A stretch of DNA of 64,000 nucleotides, taken from the NCBI GenBank assembly GCA_020184695.1, contig JAANOX010000032.1:282450-346449 (forward strand). Reading direction: 5' to 3'. The notes beneath the pieces are model-generated. The model had not been told where the DNA came from and did no database searches. It saw nothing but the letters and a program-made list of their open reading frames with translations. This DNA is from Histomonas meleagridis 2922-C6/04-290x (taxonomy: Eukaryota > Protista > Parabasalia). This document shows, piece after piece, positions 55,143-64,000 of the stretch (positions within the stretch are counted from its first letter, which is position 1; every line of letters begins with the position of its first letter). Both the position numbers and the translations under genes were made by a program.

Positions 55143-55682
55143 ATGTCCTATCGAACAAGTTATTTTCAACCAAGTCTTTTCAACCAGCCTCTCTTGCTTC
55201 CCACAGCAAAGCGTGGAGGTTCATACCATCCAATGAGATATGAACAACCACAAATGGTTTATTTCCAACCAAATTATCAGACTCAATATAGAATGATCCC
55301 TCAAGGACAATATCCGTCATATATACAACCCGGTTTCCGCATGCCTGTGTGGGTTCCAGGAAAATTCCAAGAACAAAATCAAAATCCAAATTTGTCTATT
55401 CAACATCAAATGCCATTAAAACCACAAATTGACAATATATCTTACAGACAGTCAATGCAGAAAGCATTGGTCCCAGAACAAAAAACAAAAGCCAAAAAAT
55501 TGGAAGATAATCCACAAAAATTGGATAATTCAAAGTATTCTAATAACAATGAAGTTGGAATTCCAGTTCAAAGTACATTATTTACTCAAGATAAGGAATC
55601 GCCTCCAGGATTTTTCAATATAATTGGAAGAGGTTCCTTGCCATCAATCTCATTCAATTTCTTAACCTGTGACAGAAAATAA
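55143..55682 (+). CDS. Q/P/Y-rich hypothetical protein with C-terminal PxFFxIIxRGxxPSIxF motif
   Basis: 179-aa ORF ending ESPPGFFNIIGRGSLPSISFNFLTCDRK. Confidence 0.75.
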   Translation: MSYRTSYFQPSLFNQPLLLPTAKRGGSYHPMRYEQPQMVYFQPNYQTQYRMIPQGQYPSYIQPGFRMPVWVPGKFQEQNQNPNLSIQHQMPLKPQIDNISYRQSMQKALVPEQKTKAKKLEDNPQKLDNSKYSNNNEVGIPVQSTLFTQDKESPPGFFNIIGRGSLPSISFNFLTCDRK

Positions 55683-56265
55683 ACGTTTATTAATTCAAAA
55701 TTGTAAGCAAAGTATTTTGAGAAGCGCTTTTTCTTTGCATTTTTGAAAGGACATATTAATTTTGTAAATGTTTTTAGTTTACTTGACCCTGAAATAACAC
55801 AAAACCGATGAACCACCACAAATTTTCTTCAGAAAAAAAAGAGAAAGATATAAAGTATTGAACAATCATCGTTTCGTACTGTGGTTAATGATCATCGTCA
55901 TAAATTTTTTCAAAATATTTTATGGGGAAACCTTTCAATTATTTTTTATTTGCCAAAGCAAACTTTTGGAAATTACAATAAAATTTGAATTTAAAAGAAA
56001 TCTCATTTATGATAATAATCATGTCCGAATATTCGGATTGATCAAAACCTAATGGAAAATAAAAAAAAACGATCAATTTTATGAAAACTGTGGCCACGGT
56101 TTGTGGTTCATGTAAACCATTAAACTCAACAAATTTCAATGATATAAACGGTTGTGATGAAATTTCTTATGGAAAAGTGGCCGATTGCCATTCAAACCTA
56201 CAGTACTTAAAATGACGATAGAATTCAAATTTAAAAGGACGTTAAGAGGGAATTGATGAGTTTAA

Positions 56266-57027
56266 TTACCAACCGGCACCTTCGCCAGCGTTGTTCCATT
56301 CTTGTTCAGTTGAAGGTGCAGCACCATCAGCAGCTGGTGCGGCATCAACAGTTGTAACATCAGTCGCAACTGTTTCTTCACCTTCGTGATCAATTTGTTC
56401 TTGGATGTTTTGTTCATCGCGTGTATCACGGTAGAAGTAAAGATCTGGAAGAACCTTCCATTCTTGTGTGCGGAGGAGTTCACCACGGAGGCGGAGTACT
56501 TCGCGTGTAAGTAACCACATGACGAGACCGATTGATGTCTTGTTCTTGGTGTTGCATGGAATGACACAATCAACAAAGCGGAGGCTGGCATCGGTATCGC
56601 AAAGAGCAATGCATGGGATGTTGGCATAAGCAGCTTCAGTGATGGCTTGTGTATCAGTGTTTGGATCACAAACAATGATGAGACGTGGTTCCATGAACTT
56701 ACCCTTGATTGAGTGGTTAGTGAAGAAACCTGGTGTGAAACGTTGGTTGATGCAAAGGCATCCAAGGAATTGTGAGAATTTGTGAACAGCACGTTGGCCG
56801 AATGGTTTAGCGGAAATTGCAAGAACATCACGTGGTTCTTCAACTGCATAGATCATACGAGCGGCGAGCTTGATCTTTTCATATGTCATTCCGAGATTGA
56901 TGATGTGTGTTCCTGTCTTTGTGCGTGTGAAAACATATGGTTGCATTCCAAAGGAAAGGTTGGATGAACCAATGTGTACCTTAGCGGCGAGCATTTTCTT
57001 GATGGAGGCTTCTCTATCAGCTTGCAT
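56266..57027 (-). CDS. RPSA: 40S ribosomal protein SA (uS2/p40)
   Basis: MLAAKVHIGS...RFTPGFFTN...EPRLIIVCDP...DCVIPCN. ATG at 57027. Confidence 0.97.
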   Translation of the reverse strand: MQADREASIKKMLAAKVHIGSSNLSFGMQPYVFTRTKTGTHIINLGMTYEKIKLAARMIYAVEEPRDVLAISAKPFGQRAVHKFSQFLGCLCINQRFTPGFFTNHSIKGKFMEPRLIIVCDPNTDTQAITEAAYANIPCIALCDTDASLRFVDCVIPCNTKNKTSIGLVMWLLTREVLRLRGELLRTQEWKVLPDLYFYRDTRDEQNIQEQIDHEGEETVATDVTTVDAAPAADGAAPSTEQEWNNAGEGAGW

Positions 57028-57034
57028 GGAGATC

Positions 57035-57054
57035 AAAGGTCGGCCAAAACCGAA
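57035..57054 (-). promoter_or_regulatory. M3-M5 core promoter
   Basis: TTCGGTTTTGGCCGA-CCTTT-GATCTCC-ATG. Confidence 0.75.
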
Positions 57055-57173
57055 AAAGTGCACTTTTTCACAAAACATAAACGGTCTTACTATAAATGGG
57101 GTGCCTCATTTTATTCTTTAAAAAATTAAAAAAAAAAGATTTTTTCGCTTGATTCTTTTATTGATTTAATGTT

Positions 57174-58028
57174 TTATTTAATTAGTTCTTGAATGGTTGA
57201 GTTCAAGTCTTTCTGGATAACAATTGAGCGGTTTTCAATTGGGAAGTAAAATTGAGGATCGTTTTGATTGATTCTGATAAACTTCCAATTTGGATAACTA
57301 TAAGCAAACTTTTCGAACGGAATTCTTAGAGCTCCTGGAGAGTTAAAACCAACTCCTAATTCCAAAAGAACAAGCTTTTTGTTTTCGTTTTCCTTTAAAA
57401 AGTTAATGTAATTTGGATAATTAACGAAGTTTGGCTTTTCAACAAACAAATCATCTTTTCTAAGATTAGGAACCAATAAATGACCGCAATGGGGGCATCG
57501 TGGAATATCACTTTCTTGTATTGTTAATGTTTCACGATTCATATTCTTTAGCATTTTTTGAACCATTTCATAATTATTATAAACTTCTTGTCTACATGGA
57601 ACAGAGCATTGGAAATTCATGTAGTCGCCTTGCATTGCAAAAATCTTAGATGTATCAAATCCTGACTTGCTAAATTGTCCATCTGTATTTGTTGTTGCGA
57701 CAAAATAATTTTTGTCTTTGATCAAATTATAAAGGTCTTTATAAATTTGAAGTCCTTCTGTTTGATATCTTATGTTGTTTATATGTGTTGCCCAGAATGC
57801 ATAATATTGAAGTATATTTTGTTCATTCACTTCCCAAAAACGAACAACGCATTCCCATAATGTATTGACACCATATTTGGAAAATCCTGGATAATGAGTC
57901 TGGAAATATTTTGGATCTCCATAATTAAGTCCACCTGCTGCTGAAAGTCCTGATCCAGCTCCAATTAAGATACCATCACTTTCTTGGATTAATCTCTTAG
58001 CTTCTTGAATTGCTTTGTTGCTTAACAT
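57174..58028 (-). CDS. Class M sirtuin (SirTM-type) NAD-dependent protein ADP-ribosyltransferase, probably of bacterial origin
   Basis: GAGSGLS, TTNTDGQF, QGDY (Gln replaces catalytic His), CxxxC/CPHC zinc sites, LRKDDLFVE and LELGVGFNSP. Confidence 0.85.
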   Translation of the reverse strand: MLSNKAIQEAKRLIQESDGILIGAGSGLSAAGGLNYGDPKYFQTHYPGFSKYGVNTLWECVVRFWEVNEQNILQYYAFWATHINNIRYQTEGLQIYKDLYNLIKDKNYFVATTNTDGQFSKSGFDTSKIFAMQGDYMNFQCSVPCRQEVYNNYEMVQKMLKNMNRETLTIQESDIPRCPHCGHLLVPNLRKDDLFVEKPNFVNYPNYINFLKENENKKLVLLELGVGFNSPGALRIPFEKFAYSYPNWKFIRINQNDPQFYFPIENRSIVIQKDLNSTIQELIK

Positions 58029-58273
58029 TGCTCTACAAATAAAAAATGAAGAAAACTCGGCATCAATTTGGTAAAAATTTCTTCTTTCTCAAAATTGTTC
58101 GCCGGCCAATCGTTTTCAATGGATATAAACTTTAGAAATTTATTTAAAAAGTTGTCATAAGCATAAACGATAGGGGCATTCTGGGCATTGAAAAACTATC
58201 GTACGCACCGCCCCAAATTCCTATGGTTCATACTGTCACTTTTTATGGCTACACAGCAAAATCTTTTCGGTAA

Positions 58274-59710
58274 ATGAGAAGCTCGGCATTGCAAAAGCTC
58301 CTCGACAAGCAGAAACAAAACAAATTCGGTGTATTAATTACTGAACAAAAATGGCCTGAGCTTTATGGAATGATTAGTTCCGGGATCTCAAAACTTGATG
58401 ATATCTTACCACCAATTATACAAAATGGAAAAATAGTATCATTTACTCTTTTTGTGGCTTCGTTAGAACCAAACAATCAAAATCTAAGAATTGTTGCTCA
58501 ACTCATGCAACAAATTCCTGATTCCGAACTTCAACCATTCTGTAATCTTTTTAAAGATATGGTAATGGGGTATCCTCAATATCAAAAACAAGTTATTGAA
58601 CAAATAGTTCGTTCATTTACACTTACAGATTCTTCATTTTATGCAGAAACTCTCATATTAATTCTACGTTCCACACCACACTTAAGTTCCACTGTCTCCG
58701 CGTCAATCATCAAATTCTTTCCACAGACATCATCTGTTCATCAACAGCAAATGAGATATTTGTTGAATACATTATTTGTTTGTAAATCCTCCGATGATGT
58801 CAATGTTGCAGTTCTTGGACGTATTTTCCAACATCTAGTTGCTCTTGATTGTGAACTTCTTGTATCTTCTTCACCAAATGGCGTCACTGAAATTGACGAA
58901 GATGTATCCGACAACTTTTCACCACAACTTGATCTATTTATTGATCATATTTCCAACATCACACCTGATATATTTGCTTTACTTCTTCAACTATTTGATT
59001 TATATTTAATTGATCTTCCAAAAGTTGCCATAGTTCAATACATCTTTTTCTACGCTTGTTCCCTATCACACTCCAATGCCGAAACCTTCGTTGGTTTCCT
59101 CATTGCGAAACTTATCAACATGGACTTGCCTAAACGGTCGCGGGCAAATGCATCACTTTACTTAGCGTCGCTAACCGTTCGCGCTAGTTATATTGATGAC
59201 AGCTTTGCGTTAACCATTATGGATTATGTTGCTGATTATGCCAATTGTTATTCTAACCATGTTAAGAATGAAACACCTGATCAATATCGTATGAGCATTT
59301 CACAACATTCCGTATATTATTACTCCATTCAATGCTTATCATATATCTTATGCTGGAGATGGAGGAGCTGGTCAAAAAGAGGTATAAATCCCAACGAAAA
59401 ATGGAATTTGTCTGATTTGTTATGTAATAATTTGAGAGCTATTGATGTGATCGATAAAAACACCGCTGATATGCTGTCAACATTGGGTTGTTTGACATTG
59501 ACAACTGGTGTCGTCGTTATTGAGAGGATTTCTGTGTGGTTCCCATTCGACCCTTGTGTATTAGAAAGTATGGAAAAGAGAATAAGGGCATTTTACGTTG
59601 TGTGGAGTAATGAGGAAGACCCCGAAATAGATAACGTCGATGCGTTGTTGGATAATGAATTGTCGCGAGTGTACGAAAGAAGAGATATAGAGCCTAATTT
59701 TAGCTTTTAA
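58274..59710 (+). CDS. RRN3: RNA polymerase I transcription initiation factor RRN3/TIF-IA
   Basis: KVAIVQYIFFY, YLASLTVRA, YYSIQCLSYILCWRWR and WFPFDPCVL. Confidence 0.85.
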   Translation: MRSSALQKLLDKQKQNKFGVLITEQKWPELYGMISSGISKLDDILPPIIQNGKIVSFTLFVASLEPNNQNLRIVAQLMQQIPDSELQPFCNLFKDMVMGYPQYQKQVIEQIVRSFTLTDSSFYAETLILILRSTPHLSSTVSASIIKFFPQTSSVHQQQMRYLLNTLFVCKSSDDVNVAVLGRIFQHLVALDCELLVSSSPNGVTEIDEDVSDNFSPQLDLFIDHISNITPDIFALLLQLFDLYLIDLPKVAIVQYIFFYACSLSHSNAETFVGFLIAKLINMDLPKRSRANASLYLASLTVRASYIDDSFALTIMDYVADYANCYSNHVKNETPDQYRMSISQHSVYYYSIQCLSYILCWRWRSWSKRGINPNEKWNLSDLLCNNLRAIDVIDKNTADMLSTLGCLTLTTGVVVIERISVWFPFDPCVLESMEKRIRAFYVVWSNEEDPEIDNVDALLDNELSRVYERRDIEPNFSF

Positions 59711-60666
59711 TAAAAAATGTTATTTTAAATGAAATTTCATTTATTTTGTGTTTTATTATGATGACATTCTAAACTTAAAATAGCTTTTGATTTAACTGCA
59801 GTTCCAAATTATTAAAATATATTTCAAATTATTAAAATAAATTCCACAATATTAAAACATATATAAATAAATGCTATTAAAATAAATAGTTTTTGAATCT
59901 TCGATCAAATCGGTTTAAACCCAATAAAAAGATAACATATATTTTTATTAAATTTTTTTCCCAAATAGATATATCATTTCAATTATGTTCAACAGGATTG
60001 GGTGTTTTGGTTTTTTATATTTATAAGTATCGAAATTTTAGATATTTTATCTTCACATAAAAATAAATTATTTCTCATATATTGAAATTTGGATTTTTTT
60101 CTTAATGATAAAAAATATATGATTCATTAAATTAGAAATTCATGGAGATCATAAATGGTTCTTTTGCACAACTTCCATAGTCAAAACGTTACAAAATTGA
60201 AAGAAGTTTGTTTGCGTTTAGGAAACACAAAATTACCCAAAAACATAAAGCAGTTAAAATGATTCACATGTTTACAAATTATTTGGAGAAAAATTGTGAT
60301 TTTCTGTGGTTATTTGGGTTGGAGTTTGTTTGTTGTTTTCCGAAAAATGAACCAATAAAAATGAAAAATAGTTAAACTTATACCTAATAAAACCTGAATA
60401 TGTCTTGTCATTGATGTTTTCCCCATGAATAATAAATGCGAATATTATAAAGCTCAACCAATCAAGGAGATGGTGAAATGAATTTTGACTAGTTTATTTA
60501 CGGAATTTTGAATGTATAAGTGGAGGTGGCCGAGCCATATTCAACCACCGCTTTTTGATATGTTTACATAACAATGTGAAGTTTTGGCTTCCACAAATAA
60601 AATTTACATTTAACGGTTGATTTTTGAATTTTGATTAACGCACTGAAAAAGCGCAACCAGCACAAA

Positions 60667-61327
60667 ATGAGCAAATAGTATCTTTTCTTTTTTAACTTCC
60701 AGTGGAAACGACCAAACATTTCGGCCAGTAAAAAACATAGGATCACCGAACCGTAAAGCAACAACACAGACAATCAAACAAATGGAAACATTGAAATTAG
60801 GAGATTTAAGACTTGCTGTTCGCCTTCCTGAAGGGGAGGATTTGAATGAGTGGATAGCCAAAAATCTTACTGATTTCTACCACCAAGTTTCCATGCTTTA
60901 TGCAACAATTACAGAATTTTGTACACAAGAAAATTGTCCAGTTATGAGCGCTGGTTCAGGGTACAAATACTTATGGTCTGATGAAACTACGCCGAGGCCT
61001 ATCGAAGTCACAGCTCCTCAATATATTATTCGACTATTTCAATGGATTGATAACCAGATAGAAAACGAAGCCATATTTCCTTCAACTATGGGGACCCCGT
61101 TCCCAGACAACTTTTTAACCATTGTAACTAACATAATGAAGAGACTCTTTAGGGTTTACGCCCACATATATTACCATCATCTCCAACATTTCAAAGCCCT
61201 TAGAACAGAGAAACACCTCAACACTTCGTTCAAGCACTTTATATTGTTTGCGCATGAGTTCAATTTGATTTCTCCCGATCAATTAGATCCTTTGAAGGAT
61301 TTGATTGATAACTTGTTACGCTCGTAA
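60667..61327 (+). CDS. MOB1: MOB1 kinase activator, two exons (60667-60677 and 60703-61327)
   Basis: Spliced N-terminus MSKYGNDQTFRPVKNI matches MOB1 TFxPxKN. Also AVRLPEGEDLNEW, CPVMSAG and FRVYAHIYYHH. 211 aa. Confidence 0.9.
60678..60702 (+). other. 25-nt spliceosomal intron GTATCTTTTCTTTTTTAACTTCCAG
   Basis: GT-AG ends, with TAAC branch motif at the same spacing from the AG as trichomonad ACTAACACACAG. Removal eliminates a TAG and restores the frame. Confidence 0.8.
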
Positions 61328-61399
61328 TGTATATAAATAATATTTCACTCTTGATAATGTGTTAGAATTGGTAATGGTAAACAGATTTTCACCATTGGG

Positions 61400-61952
61400 A
61401 ATATTCTTCAATATCATCAACAAACCCATCTATAGCTGAGTCTATGTCGAATTTTTTCTTTTACTGATTTCAATTTGTAAAGCAGTGAGAAATATTTGGA
61501 GATAGAGCCGGATTTCTTGGTTTTGAATGGTTTTGTTGGCACTCTCCAATTTGTTTATATGGTTGCTTGTTAGATTTAGGCTTTTGTGTAAGTGCCAGTA
61601 TGGTGAATGGAAATTTTGGGATGTTTCACATTGATGAGGTCTTGATATAGCTAACAGTCTTGATCATCATTGTAATCATTAAAGTGATAACTCGAAAAAG
61701 AGTTTGAAGGGTCAACATTCCCCGAGCAAATTTGTCCAATTCATTTTTGCCCAAGATCCACCCATCAAAATTCCATCTTGTTTTATTTGTTTTGTAGGTT
61801 GCGTGGAAAAAATCATTATCTAATGCACACTGCGAAAAATATTTGTTTGATTGTTCATTCGCATAATTTTTAAACGTAATTTGACACATAAACCGACGAC
61901 GATACTGTTTTATATTGAAAAGTGCCATTTTTCTGTCTCTGCCTGTTGCCAT
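61400..61952 (-). pseudogene. Disrupted hypothetical gene
   Basis: The 61952 ORF shifts into ...DDQDC*LYQDLINVKHP...YTKA*I*QATI*TNWRVPTKPF. Confidence 0.5.
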
Positions 61953-62719
61953 CTTTGAATAACGAAAGTAATGGAAAATTTTTCAAAATTCGACTTTTCT
62001 TCCAAAATTTATATCTCACACATTCATAAATATTTTTTCTCCCCTTAGGCTAAAGCTTAACCCATTTCTTGATTTTCATTAATTAATAAACAATATTCTT
62101 GTGATTTTTAATGAATATGCATATCGGTTCTAACCTAAATAATTTTTCCACTACTGTAATATCAATTACTTTCTATTCTTAAAAGAATTTTTACTCAAAT
62201 GAGTACTGTATCATATTTTATATAATTTTCGATAAATATTCGTATATCAAATTAATAGAATAAATATCAGTAGTATTGATTTTTTTTTAACTTTCTCTCA
62301 TAATAAAATTTCATAAATTTGATTCCAAACACCAAACAACCGATTTTTCTATAAAATATAGTCATTTAAATGAAATTTGATGAATGTTTTTCATATCTTC
62401 GAATGATGAATGATATTATTTATATTAATGAATAATTTCTTCATTCCCTTTCAATAAATTGATTTTTTACATGTATTTCCACATTTGCAACATTCATAAG
62501 TGAATATTCATAACATTTAATTTACCCAGAAGGTTCTCATCGATCAATTAATGAAATATTTCATTTTTTTGGTTAATACACACCATAAAAGAATATGAAT
62601 GCTTAAATAATAATATAAACATCTTCCACAAAAAATCAAGTGCAGCTCATACATTCTTTATATATCAAAGAAAATGTTATTGTTAAGAAAAAAAAAATAT
62701 TTGTTTCACAATATTTTTA

Positions 62720-63610
62720 GTTTTGTTTTTCAGAAAACGCAGTTGTTAACTGTTTCCAAATTTCATCAGAGCGATTAATTGGCCATTCCACGTTAAATTC
62801 GATATATAAATTTTTCCAACAATTTCATTATGTACGTCATCCCAAATCGGCACGCTCACCATTAACGCAAATCTTATATCCAGGAGCAGCAATATCGGTC
62901 AAATGCAATGGTAAAACTTCTCCGTCCATTAATGAACTTAAACTTTTACCAATCAATGCTTCGACAAGTGTAATGTTCTGTGTGAAACAAGATCATTCCC
63001 ATAACGGGAATATAACAAATGTGGCTGCATGGATATAGTTACTATGGCATCAGCTGGTTTGGGAGAGTCTTCTTTGATCTGCATAGTCCAAGATTTGGAA
63101 AGATGATTTGCGTTCCTTCAATATTCCAGGATGTATTTCACACGCTAACTGAACTTCTTCGGTTTGGCCATCAGGTAGACGTCGAACTCCTGAAGCCATA
63201 CGTATGACCATAAACAAAATCCGATATGGTGCTGGATAACTCACTAATAATGGCTCATTTGGTAAGGTGATTTGGCTTAGTTAATCGTGCCAAATTCAGT
63301 GGCATTTCGAGAAGGAAGAAGATAATCATATGGATTTGATGAACCAAAGAAATTGAAAAAAACAGTTTCTGGATCTGTAGGTTTCCATCGAAGATCTTCT
63401 AGACCTTTACGTCCAAATTGATCGTAAGCAGCACGAAGTTTTAGATCACAGAATTCTGGGCCATTTCTGAATATCTCAGCAAAAAGCACGTGGAGTCTTC
63501 ATCTGATTTGTTTCTATCTGGATGATATTTGATGGCGAATTTACGGTACGCGTTATTGATTTCTTCTCTTGTTGCATTTGAGTAATTTGAAGAATGTTAT
63601 ATGGGTTCAT
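62720..63610 (-). pseudogene. DnaJ class B (Hsp40) gene with multiple indels
   Basis: MNPYNILQI...NATREEINNAYRKFAIKYHPDRNK, AAYDQFG and C-terminal peptide-binding segments (TLVEALIG, YIEFNVEWP) lie in different frames. Confidence 0.8.
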
Positions 63611-64000
63611 TTTGTAATGGATAACGTATTTGTTTTTTTCACAACATTTTTTATAATAATTTACAAGAAACTCGTTATTTGTTGTTCGAGTATGTGTGAT
63701 ACATCTGTTTTAAAAGATAAAATACGTACACATATATATCCTAACACAATAGATACAAAGGAATGATTTCTGGATTTTGATAAACTTATAATAAGAAAAA
63801 TATCAATTCCACAATTAAAGATGTTTCTAATTCATTAAATTTCCATTAACTGATAATGAATTTGGTTCTCTTTGCAAAGAATATGAAAAGATGGAATGAT
63901 AAATTATTTAGCTTTGTGACGAAATTGAAACATATTTTACAAATAAAAATTCAATTCATGATCCACATGCAACAACTGTAGATCCACATGCATTTAAATT

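Noticed and set aside
56020-56102. Palindromes TCCGAATATTCGGA and AACTGTGGCCACGGTT between convergent genes
   Set aside because: Short and isolated, with no supporting structure or second copy in the window.
59960-60540. Possible gene remnant upstream of MOB1
   Set aside because: Short open stretches in several frames with no recognisable motif. It cannot be separated from intergenic sequence.

Overview
AT-rich, gene-dense nuclear DNA from a parabasalid (Trichomonas/Tritrichomonas/Histomonas-like). The assignment rests on a hydrogenosomal succinyl-CoA synthetase alpha with a short MLS...RN presequence, trichomonad-type ubiquitin, Inr/M2/M3/M5 core promoters and BspA surface proteins. The window holds about 35 intact protein genes: VPS13-like, ubiquitin, Rae1, GRWD1, Hook-like, CSN2, SCYL, PPP phosphatase, RPL15, RPS9, RPSA, CRM1-like, RRN3, cathepsin L-like, MOB1, several BspA and others. 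It also has one tRNA-Leu(AAG) and many disrupted genes or remnants. Best leads: (1) a bacterial-type class M sirtuin (SirTM) with no macrodomain neighbour and a possible hydrogenosomal N-terminus; (2) a 25-nt intron that restores the MOB1 N-terminus; (3) a 17-aa C-terminal motif shared by two otherwise unrelated proteins 54 kb apart; (4) two BspA genes each broken just before the membrane anchor; (5) a 211-bp MITE-like element with a 14-bp TIR; (6) gene remnants whose in-frame stops revert to Gln/Arg by a single T>C change. No database searches were run. All product names come from motif recognition, and some frameshifts may be assembly errors.
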